Made by a program: the position numbers and the translations under genes. This document shows, in pieces, positions 30,111 through 39,962 of a stretch of DNA of 58,217 bases. The DNA lies in assembly GCA_964534625.1 (NCBI GenBank), contig CAZHRF010000017.1, positions 1-58,217 of the forward strand, given 5' to 3'. The notes beneath the pieces were generated by a model. The model had not been told where the DNA came from. It saw only the letters and a program-made list of their open reading frames with translations, and did not search any database. This DNA is from an uncultured archaeon (GTDB taxonomy: Archaea; Asgardarchaeota; Heimdallarchaeia; Heimdallarchaeales; Heimdallarchaeaceae). Position 1 is the first letter of the stretch, and every line of letters begins with the position of its first letter.

Positions 30111-30602
30111 AATTCTTTCGAACCCCTTTTCTCTCTTTCTTAAGAGAGTAGTTCTAATTATATATATGTCACTTCCCATTTAAAAATCTAGTGTTTCAAA
30201 TCTGTATATTTAAACAAGTGATGAAAAAATGAAGTTTTGTCGCGCTAGAATTGAAATTTGAAGTACCTATGCTATTCGGATACTAATTGAATTATAATGC
30301 TAAACTATCTTTCTCTTCCCTTGCTCTTGAGAAAAATGATTAAAAAGGGAGTAAATCATTGGTTTTCCTATAAAGTGTTGTTACCACCATTATTTATTAT
30401 CATAATGCATTAATAGATTTTTCAGGTCAATTATTTGGTGTATGGTTTTTTCATAATCCTTAGAGTTCATCTTACCCAGCAAAAATATGGTCGGCTAAGT
30501 ATGATTAGCAGAGTGAAAAAAATGCACATTAAGATGAACTTTGAAGTTCATGTTTTTTTAGTCATTAAAAATTAAATGTGAAGGAGACTGTGCTCTGTCC
30601 GT

Positions 30603-30788
30603 TCATTCAAGTTCAGTGATTTGACTATATTTGCTACCGAAGAACTCGAAGGTATGATAACTGCCACATTTGGGACAATAAAAGGTTATTGTAAACCCCT
30701 TTTTCATCTCTTCCCCTTCAAAACTTTGTTCTGTTTTTTTTCCACAGTATTTGCAATACATGGTCAATGTTGGTTTTTCTTCAGTCAT
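30603..30788 (-). CDS. Small Zn-ribbon protein
   Basis: CKYC...CPKC in 61 aa, GGAG-like RBS upstream, follows the aminotransferase on the same strand. Confidence 0.65.
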   Translation of the reverse strand: MTEEKPTLTMYCKYCGKKTEQSFEGEEMKKGFTITFYCPKCGSYHTFEFFGSKYSQITELE

Positions 30789-30843
30789 TTAAATCCATCT
30801 TCTCCTTTCTCTTTACCATTTTTATATGTATTGAAATACAAAC

Positions 30844-32001
30844 TTATTGTATGACTCTTTCCAATCTTTCAATAAATTCTTGTATTTGGTCAATATTGAC
30901 AGAACCAAAACTCCCTCGTATGTCTTTTGATCCTGATGGGCCAAATTCTGTTCCTGGTACCACCACAACTTTTTCCTTTTCAAATGCTGCATTAGAGAAT
31001 TCCTCTGCATCATTATATTTTGTATCTTGTATATTAAAGTAACAATAAAAACTACCTTGGGGGATTGGACAATTAATTCCAGATAAGGAATTTAATCCTT
31101 TTTCTATTGCGTTCCTTCTTTTTTCAAATTCTTTTTTGACAAAATTTACAAAATCATCAGCTTCTTTCGTATGCATGAACTCTGCCAAGGCAATCTGTGT
31201 TGGAGTGGGCGCATTGGCAATAACAAAAGAATGATATCCTAAAATATTTTTCATCAAAGTTGGATCAGCGACTCCATACCCCATCCGCCAACCCGGTACA
31301 CAGTATGATTTTGAAAAGGAATTAACTGTTATTGTTCGTTCATATGCCCCATTTAGTGAGGCTACATGAATGTGTTTTTTATTGTCATACAAGTAATATT
31401 CATACACTTCATCACTTATTATTAACAGATCGTTATCAACAGCAATATCAACTAGAGCTTGAAGTTTATTTTTTTCCATAATAGCTCCAGTAGGATTACT
31501 TGGAAAATTAATCATTATAGCTTTTGTTTTTTCGGTTATTTTTTCTTTAGCTTTTTCGACATCTATCTGATATGTCGGTGTTGATGGCATCCAAACTGTT
31601 TTTCCTCCCGATAATGTCACTTGACGGGGATATGTCAAAAAACAAGGATCTTGAACAAGAACTTCATCTCCTGGATTAATATATGCTTGTAATGCTGTAT
31701 ATATTAATTGACATCCACCACAAGTAACAATAACTCCTTCTTTAGGATCATATTCTGTGTTGTACTCTTTCAGATACTTGTCAGTAATAGCGGTTCTTAA
31801 TTGGAAATTACCTGGAGTTTGATCATAATTATTGTGATTATTATCAACAGCTGTCTTTAGAGCTTCTTTTAACCCTTTTGGAGTTTGAATATCGGGAGCA
31901 CCTATCCCTAGAGAGATAACTCCTTTAACACCTGCTGCTTTGGCAAAAAGTTCTCTAATTCCACTAGGTTTTATTTTCTTCATTTTTTCTGATTTAAACA
32001 T
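30844..32001 (-). CDS. PLP-dependent aminotransferase class I/II
   Basis: NFPSNPTG, SDEVY and SFSKSYCVPGWRMG (PLP lysine) motifs. Confidence 0.93.
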   Translation of the reverse strand: MFKSEKMKKIKPSGIRELFAKAAGVKGVISLGIGAPDIQTPKGLKEALKTAVDNNHNNYDQTPGNFQLRTAITDKYLKEYNTEYDPKEGVIVTCGGCQLIYTALQAYINPGDEVLVQDPCFLTYPRQVTLSGGKTVWMPSTPTYQIDVEKAKEKITEKTKAIMINFPSNPTGAIMEKNKLQALVDIAVDNDLLIISDEVYEYYLYDNKKHIHVASLNGAYERTITVNSFSKSYCVPGWRMGYGVADPTLMKNILGYHSFVIANAPTPTQIALAEFMHTKEADDFVNFVKKEFEKRRNAIEKGLNSLSGINCPIPQGSFYCYFNIQDTKYNDAEEFSNAAFEKEKVVVVPGTEFGPSGSKDIRGSFGSVNIDQIQEFIERLERVIQ

Positions 32002-32162
32002 GTATCATCCGTCCTATATCTATATACCAAAGTTTTCGTAGCGGTATTTTAACTTAATGCAATAACGTTGGGTGACAAAAATAAAAAATGGGGTGTTGTA
32101 TAATAGTTTAAAAGCAAAATACTATCATGAGTTCCGATAGGTTAATGGTGATCTTTTTTTCT

Positions 32163-33227
32163 TTATTTGCACAAAATTTCTTTTATTGGCTTTATGGGGG
32201 ATTGGAGACCTTGAAGTATTTTTTTAGTTTTCTTTCGCATTTTTCTTTTATCAAAATTATCCTGAAGAATAGTTCTTACTCTCTCTTTTGCTCCATTAAG
32301 TTCATATTCATTGAATAAGGGGATTCCAGTTGATGCAATATAGACTAATACATCTAGTGGTTTAGGATAGTAAGAGATTCCTGGTGAACCGATGGCAGCT
32401 GCTTCTCTGGCCATTGTGGCTCCTCCTGTTATACATAAATCAGCGTAATAATTTAAGGACAAAGTATCTACAGCTTTTTTAGGGATGATAATTCTATTTC
32501 CATATTTTTTTTCTAACTTCTCCTTTTGTGTAGTATACCTCGGAAAGATTACTGCTTTGCCATTATAATACTCGAAAATGTCGTCTAAAATTAAATCTAA
32601 ATATGTTTCACCTATCATTTTTTTCTCTAACATGTACGCAGCGCTACTTTCTTCAGGTCTACCCACAATAAAATGATCTTCCTTAGATAAGCCTAAATAT
32701 TTTAAAACGTCACTTTTTGGTTCAAAATCTTTTAACCATGCAACTTCATCTATACCATCATATGGTAACAATTGTTTTTCCCTTGTGCCAAGTTTTAGCC
32801 ATTTCTCTTTATCAATACATTGACTATAAATGAGATATTTAGATAAAGGAATAGTAAGCTTAGCAACAGCTGTAGCATGAGGTGAATCATTGATGTTGAT
32901 ACTAGGAATAGCTAAACCAAAAGCGACACGAGTAGATTCGGGACATCCAAATGAGATATGATAATCGGGTGGACTAGAAAGATTATTTATATAATTGGCT
33001 AAACTTTTTATTCGTTCTGTACCTGCTATCAACTTTCCATAGAGGGTTCCTCCTCCATGTTTTCCTTTTACTTCAACTTTCCTGCCTAATAAATCAAAGA
33101 GCGAAACTACGTAATCATAATCTCTACAGGTGAAAATCATTTCATGTCCTTGCTTTTCTAATTCCTTAGCTATTGCATCGAATAATAATGGTTCTTTGGA
33201 AGTGACAGCATCAAACCATATTCTCAT
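32163..33227 (-). CDS. DUF354 family GT-B-fold protein
   Basis: MRIWFD, GKHGG, YDGIDE, RPEES.AAY and GGATMAREAA motifs. Confidence 0.8.
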   Translation of the reverse strand: MRIWFDAVTSKEPLLFDAIAKELEKQGHEMIFTCRDYDYVVSLFDLLGRKVEVKGKHGGGTLYGKLIAGTERIKSLANYINNLSSPPDYHISFGCPESTRVAFGLAIPSININDSPHATAVAKLTIPLSKYLIYSQCIDKEKWLKLGTREKQLLPYDGIDEVAWLKDFEPKSDVLKYLGLSKEDHFIVGRPEESSAAYMLEKKMIGETYLDLILDDIFEYYNGKAVIFPRYTTQKEKLEKKYGNRIIIPKKAVDTLSLNYYADLCITGGATMAREAAAIGSPGISYYPKPLDVLVYIASTGIPLFNEYELNGAKERVRTILQDNFDKRKMRKKTKKILQGLQSPIKPIKEILCK

Positions 33228-33296
33228 TTTTTTCCGTCCTTATGATAAAAAGAGGTCATACCATTTAAAGCTTGTTAAATAGAGGTAGTAGAAGGT

Positions 33297-36200
33297 CTAG
33301 TCACATTTGCTGTAACCACAGACCCTACAAATGAAACACCCTTCAGCGATTTCAAGCATACCTCCACACTCGGGGCATTCAATTGTACCATTTTCACGAA
33401 CTATCTGTTCTCCATTTGTATATTGTTCTAATACGTGAGCGATACCATCAGAACAAGATAAAACGGTTTTTCCTTGATGGAAACTAGGGTTAGGACAACG
33501 AATACCTACCAACTGCCGAGTGATAGATTCAAGATTAATACCTGCGCGTAAAGATAATGAGATAAGTCTCCCCATGGCTTCATTTTGGCTAGCAATACAC
33601 CCTCCACTTTTGCCTACACTGACAAAGACCTCACATACCCCTTGTTGATCTCTATTTACTGTAACATACAATTTACCACAGCCAGTTTTAACTCTATGAG
33701 TTTTTCCCACGGTTGTCTCAGGTCTTTTTCGTGGTTCAAGTTTTACACTATGAGCTGTAGGTGCTCTAGATTTGGATTCTTCTTTTTTATCTTTCTTTTT
33801 TGTACTCAAAACTTGATACTTTCTAGAACCATCACGATACACAGTAACACCTTTACAGCCCTTTTGATATGCAAGTTTGTAGGCATTGGCGATATCATTC
33901 TTTGTGGCGGAACTCTTAAAATTAATCGTTTTTGATGTAGCATTGTCTACATATTTCTGAAAAGCAGCTTGAATATTAATATGATCTTTAAAGGAAAGAT
34001 CTTGAGTCGTCAAGAATAATTTTCTTACATCTTCTGGGATTTCTTCAATGTCTTGGATGGAATGTTGAGCAGCAACCTTCTCAATTAAGTCCTCAGAATA
34101 AAACCCTCTTTCTTTAGCTATTCGTTCAAAGATAGGACTGACTTCAAATAACTTCTTTCCCCCTAAAATATTCCTAACAAAAGCAATGGCATAATAAGGT
34201 TCAATCCCACTTGAACACCCAGCAATAAGAGAGATAGTACCTGTAGGTGCTATAGTGGTGATGGTTGAATTACGACGGGCATCAAATTTATTTGCAAAAA
34301 TGCTTTTGTCAAAATTAGGAAAACTGCCTTTAGTTTTACCCAATTTAATTGATTCATGTGTGCCTATTTTTTGAATATGTTCCATAACTTTCTCAGCAAG
34401 AGAAAGAGCTTCAGGGGTATTATAGGGAATACCAAGTAAAACAAGTAGATCAGCAAAACCCATGACACCTAACCCTATCTTTCTATTACCTTTAGTCATT
34501 TCTTCAATTTCATCTAAAATATACACATTTCGATCAATAACATTGTCAAGAAAATTAACTGCCAAACGAATGGTTTGTTCAAGCTTGTCCCAGTCAATTT
34601 TGCCATTAGAGACATGTTTAGCCAGATTAATGGAACCAAGGTTACAAGATTCAAAAGGTAATAATGGTTGTTCACCGCAGTCGAGGCTGATTATTCCATT
34701 GGCAATAAATGAAAGGGTTTTTGGTTCCGTTAGGTCATATACTTGCTCTTTACCTATATATTTAATGCTTTTAATTTTCTCTTCAAATCTTTCTTTTCTA
34801 CTCTTTATTTGTTTAATTTTTGTTATTTTATTGCCATATTTATTGAACAAAAACCCTACTTCATCAATGAACAACTGAAGCGAATCTCTACTAATATGTA
34901 ATTCATACAATTTACCATCTGTATCATAATAATGGATTTTTCCATCCTTTGTTTCATATTTAAATACGTTTTTCCTAGGTGGTCTACTTCTATTATAGAT
35001 CCTTGATTTAATTTTCATGTTAAGCAAGAGCATTTGTACCTGTTTGAGCAATTTTTTTGACTTAGATGATAATCTTACGTATGCTGAATGATTTTGTCTA
35101 TAGCTGAGTGTTCCATCTGCTGTAAATAGTCCTTGTAGAAAACCAATTACTGCTTTTTTGGGTGCTGTGAAAATTGTTTCGGGTACTGTTTTTGATTCTG
35201 CTTTTACAGCTTTAACTCCTAGTTTCCTAAAGAATTCAACGAAGTATTTTGAATGATAAGAAAGATGATATACACCGTTTTTTCTTTCTATTTCTTGAAT
35301 ATTCTTTCCATACCAGTTGTTTATAATTGGTTTAAGATAATTCATTACTTTTTTGTCTCTTTTAGCAAACGTAAAACCAACTCGACAGTTTTTATCTCCG
35401 CTTTTTAACCATCCATCTCCGATTAACCACCCTAAAACCCTTCCTAATTCTAAAGACCACGTTTCCGGATATTTATTGTGGTATATCTGACCATTTTTTC
35501 CTTTGTATTCATTATCAACTGTAAAAGGTAGTTTATAGTCGCTATTAAATCTACCATCACCAGCTTGAATGAATATCTTATGTTTATCGTTGTTTAAATC
35601 TTCAGCTTTTATCCATCCTTCGTTTGTTAATACTTGATGATATTTTGTGACTTTAAGTTGATATCCTGACTTCGTTGTAATTTTGAATATATCTTTAATA
35701 CCCGTTGAAAAAGCACGTGTTATAGGATTAAATGTTATTCCTTTTTGTTTTTTTTTCATTAGCAACACAGATCCATTGGCATTTGGTTGTTCAAGGGGAA
35801 CTCTATTATCAGTAGCAATCTTTATACCCCCTTCAGGATATCTAGAAACTAGTTCCTTCATCCGTACTAACCCTTTTTCAGTTGATATTAAGGTATCTCC
35901 AGTAACACAAGGATTAGTGCTCTCTATATCCCCTAATGCTGGTGTCGGATTTTCTTCGTTAATTCTATCAATAAATACTAATCCTGGTTCACCATTTTTC
36001 CATGCTAATTCGATTATTTTGTCAAAAACTTTTTTAGCATTGAGTTTGCCTACAACTTTCTTAGTTCGAGGATTGATTAGATCATAATCTTCATTTTTCT
36101 CAACTGCAGCCATAAACTCTTCCGTAGCAGCAACAGAGATATTAAAATTAGTGAGTTTAGTTTGATCTTCTTTAGCAGTTATAAATTCCATAATATCTGG

Positions 36201-39161
36201 ATGGTCAACTCTAAGAATACCCATGTTGGCCCCTCTCCTGCGATTATGTACTAATATACCATTTGCTACAAATTTACTTGGACCAGAAACTTCGATATCC
36301 ATTGTGTAATCTTCTTTTTTTGAAATAGATTTTATCTGAGAGTAGTAATAGTTAGGATTAGCTATAGACTTAAGATGTTTATCTTCTTTTAAAACTGGGA
36401 ATTTGTTGAATAAATCCAGAAGTCTTTTTCTTGATAACAATCGTTTTCCATTGGGATTATCTGTTATATAATGCTGAATTGCTCGATAGAATTGTCTATT
36501 TCCTCCTCTCTTTGTTCTGCCTTTATTTGTACCTGCACCAACATATTTGTAGTGTTTCTTTAACTTATTACCTTGATTTGGAATATAGTCAACATATTCA
36601 ATGGATTTAGATGGAAATCTTTCTAATAATAACTGGTTTTTTCTATCAGAAGAGAAACCAATTTCATCTCTAAATGTTTTTAAACTCCTTTCAGGAATGA
36701 TTTTAAGTTCGTATATAGGATTATTACCAAAACTATTTGCTCTATTTTCATTAATGGTTATTGATGAAATAACCTCAATTCCAAGTAGAAGTTGTTGCAA
36801 TTGATAAATTAATTTCTTAGAAATGGAATAATATCTTGGATATCCATCAGTATGGACATTACCATCACCTGCAAACAGCCCTCTTACAAAACTCTTGACA
36901 ATTTCTATTGAAGATTTAAAAATGATTTCTGGAATAAAAGCATCATAAGAAGAAGTTTTCTTCCAATTCATTTTTTCAAAATATTTACATAAATCACGAG
37001 AATAAAAGAAAAGGTCTGAGTAAGTATTCTTATTATCTATATTTCCTATGGAAAGATTGAATGTTACTTCCATTAACTCTTGAATTCGTTTAATTAAATC
37101 TTGATCTTTATTTTCAATACTAAAAACTATTCTTCCATTAGTGCTTATACATCCATCAGCCATATAGAGTCCTAGTATTTCGGCTAATTCGGGGGTAATA
37201 TGACTAGGTACTGATATGGCGTTGGCATTGAAATGTTGTTCATTGATTGGTGGTAATCTAACATTTGTTCCTGAATGTCCACCTAGTGAAACGATTAGCC
37301 AGTCACCAATTTTTAGATTTTCAGCTGCTTTCCACATCATATCTCCTTCTTCATTTATAGTAGCGATTAGGTGATTATAAGTGGGATTAATTTCTATTCC
37401 TAAATCTGTGGTAATTGTGTAAACTTCCGCTAGACTGTTATCCATTGATATATAGGCGTGATTATATCCTTCACCATCATAAACTAATGAATGCGTTGGA
37501 TTGTCTTTTAAGGGAGGACAATTTAGTAGATCCCCAAGGGGTAATGAACCATTATTAGTTCGGATTAGACTATCTGTTGCAATACATCCCCCTTGTTTTA
37601 TGGTATTGGTTGCTGCATTAAAAACTTCCATAAAGGAAATGGGTCCAGACGCTACGCCGCCTGTTGTTTTCACCACATCATTTTTAGGCCGAATGTTACT
37701 GAAAGCAAAGCCCGTGTTGTGAACTGATACAAATTGTGTATTTCCTCCAAGATAATTTTGATATCTGGGGACAGTAAAATCATAAAATTCTATTTCTCCC
37801 TTTTTTTGAGTAATTCTCTTAACTCTAAGTTTTCTACTTGCAACTAATTTCTTTTTCCTAGGATTTTTTTCCGTGAATAATAATTGTGTATATCCTGAGT
37901 TGAATTCAATACTCCACCATGCTCCTTGTATCTCCCTCTCTCGTTTATCTTTCCTGAATCTGACATTACAATTTATTCCAAGCAATGATAAATGCCTTAC
38001 AATAAAGTCTTTCATTTGTTTATCTCCGGTTGAAATACCCGATTTATCTTTTCCAATCCATCCATCTGCGTCAACTAATCCGGAGATTAAAGCACGTGGG
38101 TTTGGACAAATGAAGTTTGAGTTAGGAGTTAGTTTTTTCTCGGTATTGTTTTGGTTCAACTTAACAAATTTTTTGATGAAATCTGCTAGTTCTTTGTTAA
38201 AATTTTTATTAAATTCCGTATATTCTTCTTTTTGATTATATCGTGAAATTACGCTTAAACACTTGCAGTTGCTTCTAGGGTCTTCATAAATACTTCCTTT
38301 AGAACCTGTATACGATTCTATGATTTCTGATACTCTTTGTAAATATTGATCCTTATTAGAGTGAAATCTTAACCTCACACCGTTTACACCCGTATCAATA
38401 CTTCCATCTCCAAGGAAAAATCCGTATAACCACCAAAAGTCAGGTTCTTCATTCAAAAAAATATTATCATGAAATGAAGGAGTAATTAACCAATCGCCTT
38501 CTTTGAGTTCATCTGCTCTTTTTTTTAGAATGACGCCACCGCTTCTTTTATCTGGATACGCTTCATAGACAAAGAAAGGATGCCATTCTGTTACATTAAT
38601 ATAACCTTCAGATCCGAACTCAATTCGTAGATATGAGTCTTTATTGAATTTCCAGAGATGACTAACTTTAGCTCGAGTAAATGAGTTTGATCTCTTATCA
38701 AATGAAAAAACAGTAAATGGTTCACACTTATGACCTTTTTCGTCAGATGGAATGTCTGAGAAACCAGGTATGTTCTCAATAGGAGTAAATCCGTATTCAA
38801 GCGTTGGTATTATTGTACCTTTTGCACAACATCCACCCCCTGACTGATGTATTAATGCAGCATTTTTAACTGTGTCAAAAATTGATGGTAAAGAATCACC
38901 AATCGGGAGGACAAAGCATGCACTTAACTGTCCCAATTCTGTACCCGCATTCATTAGTGTTGGCGAGTTAGGTAGAAACCGTAAACTTTTCATCAATTGT
39001 TCAAATTTTTCTTTTTGTTTATCGTTATCTGCTATTGCTGTTGCAACACGTTTGAACATTTGATCTGGTGTTTCTATTATTTTTCTGTTCTTATCCCTTT
39101 GTAAATATCTTTTTTTCAATACTGTTAATGCATTTTTAGATAATTTAGTATTATCACTCAC
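33297..39161 (-). CDS. nrdJ: Adenosylcobalamin-dependent (class II) ribonucleotide reductase with three inteins and C-terminal TSCPD/Zn-ribbon; 724 aa if all inteins are removed
   Basis: FLPNSPTLMNAG, LSACFV, GGG|TG, RRGANM, TNP|CGEQ, SCNLGSINL, TIAPTGTIS, KGVTVYRDGSR and C-terminal CxxC pairs. Confidence 0.93.
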   Translation of the reverse strand: MSDNTKLSKNALTVLKKRYLQRDKNRKIIETPDQMFKRVATAIADNDKQKEKFEQLMKSLRFLPNSPTLMNAGTELGQLSACFVLPIGDSLPSIFDTVKNAALIHQSGGGCCAKGTIIPTLEYGFTPIENIPGFSDIPSDEKGHKCEPFTVFSFDKRSNSFTRAKVSHLWKFNKDSYLRIEFGSEGYINVTEWHPFFVYEAYPDKRSGGVILKKRADELKEGDWLITPSFHDNIFLNEEPDFWWLYGFFLGDGSIDTGVNGVRLRFHSNKDQYLQRVSEIIESYTGSKGSIYEDPRSNCKCLSVISRYNQKEEYTEFNKNFNKELADFIKKFVKLNQNNTEKKLTPNSNFICPNPRALISGLVDADGWIGKDKSGISTGDKQMKDFIVRHLSLLGINCNVRFRKDKREREIQGAWWSIEFNSGYTQLLFTEKNPRKKKLVASRKLRVKRITQKKGEIEFYDFTVPRYQNYLGGNTQFVSVHNTGFAFSNIRPKNDVVKTTGGVASGPISFMEVFNAATNTIKQGGCIATDSLIRTNNGSLPLGDLLNCPPLKDNPTHSLVYDGEGYNHAYISMDNSLAEVYTITTDLGIEINPTYNHLIATINEEGDMMWKAAENLKIGDWLIVSLGGHSGTNVRLPPINEQHFNANAISVPSHITPELAEILGLYMADGCISTNGRIVFSIENKDQDLIKRIQELMEVTFNLSIGNIDNKNTYSDLFFYSRDLCKYFEKMNWKKTSSYDAFIPEIIFKSSIEIVKSFVRGLFAGDGNVHTDGYPRYYSISKKLIYQLQQLLLGIEVISSITINENRANSFGNNPIYELKIIPERSLKTFRDEIGFSSDRKNQLLLERFPSKSIEYVDYIPNQGNKLKKHYKYVGAGTNKGRTKRGGNRQFYRAIQHYITDNPNGKRLLSRKRLLDLFNKFPVLKEDKHLKSIANPNYYYSQIKSISKKEDYTMDIEVSGPSKFVANGILVHNRRRGANMGILRVDHPDIMEFITAKEDQTKLTNFNISVAATEEFMAAVEKNEDYDLINPRTKKVVGKLNAKKVFDKIIELAWKNGEPGLVFIDRINEENPTPALGDIESTNPCVTGDTLISTEKGLVRMKELVSRYPEGGIKIATDNRVPLEQPNANGSVLLMKKKQKGITFNPITRAFSTGIKDIFKITTKSGYQLKVTKYHQVLTNEGWIKAEDLNNDKHKIFIQAGDGRFNSDYKLPFTVDNEYKGKNGQIYHNKYPETWSLELGRVLGWLIGDGWLKSGDKNCRVGFTFAKRDKKVMNYLKPIINNWYGKNIQEIERKNGVYHLSYHSKYFVEFFRKLGVKAVKAESKTVPETIFTAPKKAVIGFLQGLFTADGTLSYRQNHSAYVRLSSKSKKLLKQVQMLLLNMKIKSRIYNRSRPPRKNVFKYETKDGKIHYYDTDGKLYELHISRDSLQLFIDEVGFLFNKYGNKITKIKQIKSRKERFEEKIKSIKYIGKEQVYDLTEPKTLSFIANGIISLDCGEQPLLPFESCNLGSINLAKHVSNGKIDWDKLEQTIRLAVNFLDNVIDRNVYILDEIEEMTKGNRKIGLGVMGFADLLVLLGIPYNTPEALSLAEKVMEHIQKIGTHESIKLGKTKGSFPNFDKSIFANKFDARRNSTITTIAPTGTISLIAGCSSGIEPYYAIAFVRNILGGKKLFEVSPIFERIAKERGFYSEDLIEKVAAQHSIQDIEEIPEDVRKLFLTTQDLSFKDHINIQAAFQKYVDNATSKTINFKSSATKNDIANAYKLAYQKGCKGVTVYRDGSRKYQVLSTKKKDKKEESKSRAPTAHSVKLEPRKRPETTVGKTHRVKTGCGKLYVTVNRDQQGVCEVFVSVGKSGGCIASQNEAMGRLISLSLRAGINLESITRQLVGIRCPNPSFHQGKTVLSCSDGIAHVLEQYTNGEQIVRENGTIECPECGGMLEIAEGCFICRVCGYSKCD
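34680..35909 (-). mobile_element. Intein 3 in NrdJ (410 aa, LAGLIDADG), ends in Leu-Asp, inserted before the active-site Cys
   Basis: STNP|CVTGDT...TKYH...GWLIGDG...GLFTADG...IISLD|CGEQ. Confidence 0.9.
36243..37586 (-). mobile_element. Intein 2 in NrdJ (448 aa, LAGLIDADG), C+1 residue is Arg
   Basis: KQGG|CIATDS...TYNH...GLYMADG...GLFAGDG...ILVHN|RRRGANM. Confidence 0.9.
37716..38831 (-). mobile_element. Intein 1 in NrdJ (372 aa, LAGLIDADG endonuclease)
   Basis: HQSGGG|CCAKGT...T.WH...GFFLGDG...GLVDADG...VSVHN|TGF; canonical ends. Confidence 0.92.
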
Positions 39162-39475
39162 TTTAATACCCCTTAGTTGTACATCTATTTATTCTGTTAT
39201 TGTATATTTAGTCATCAATTACTAAAAAACTTAAATTGGAATTTAAGCTGTAATTTTGCCAAATTTAGGTTGAGCTCAAGAATGCATTTATCTTATTTAA
39301 GCGTTTTCAACGTTTACAAAGCGTATGGACGTGGTTAAGTGTTATTCTATTTCCGACAAAAATCTTAGCTATATTAATATGGTATTGTTAGGTATTTGAA
39401 GGCATTCCTAAGTAAATGGTAATTTAGTGGCATGAAATAGTATCTAAATAAAGTAGAAAAAAAAATATCGTTTGA

Positions 39476-39949
39476 TTATCCGCTTGATAATTGTATAATG
39501 ATGCTCTCATCTGCATAGTTATACGAAATTACAGGGTTCTTATGATAACTTCTCACATTGCCATTCATTGAGATTTCATCTAATTCAATTAATAATGATT
39601 TTAAGACATAAATGTCTGGATTGTCAATAGAAGCACCTCTGAGAGCATAATAATTACCGTCTTCACTTGTCGTAACTTCGATTTTATAAAAATCTGTTTC
39701 CAATTTTTCAGGTATATCAAGACCAACCGTTAAACTTATTTCTGTCGTTCCATCCATAATTTGTTGATCTGTTTGCTGTTTGATATTAAGCATTGTCTCA
39801 GAAATCTTTTGCACAATAAACTCAAGATTCATTTTAATAGAACTATCAGATATCGTACTATTTATACCTATCATAGTAACAGATATACCTGCTATTGCTA
39901 ATGACCCTACGAGCAAAATTGACATATACATTAAGTATTCGCTTGGCAT
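39476..39949 (-). CDS. Pilin-like single-TM protein
   Basis: N-terminal SEYL plus hydrophobic helix and beta-rich remainder, downstream of a class III signal peptide gene. Confidence 0.55.
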   Translation of the reverse strand: MPSEYLMYMSILLVGSLAIAGISVTMIGINSTISDSSIKMNLEFIVQKISETMLNIKQQTDQQIMDGTTEISLTVGLDIPEKLETDFYKIEVTTSEDGNYYALRGASIDNPDIYVLKSLLIELDEISMNGNVRSYHKNPVISYNYADESIIIQLSSG

Positions 39950-39962
39950 TTTTTATCTTCAC

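Noticed and set aside
27813-30183. Several overlapping alternative-frame and antisense ORFs within the surface-protein gene
   Set aside because: These are by-products of the biased Tyr/Gly/Asp codon repeats, with no independent coding signal.
39162-39475. Possible cobalamin riboswitch or NrdR box upstream of nrdJ
   Set aside because: No B12-box or convincing palindrome is visible, and the region is AT-rich.
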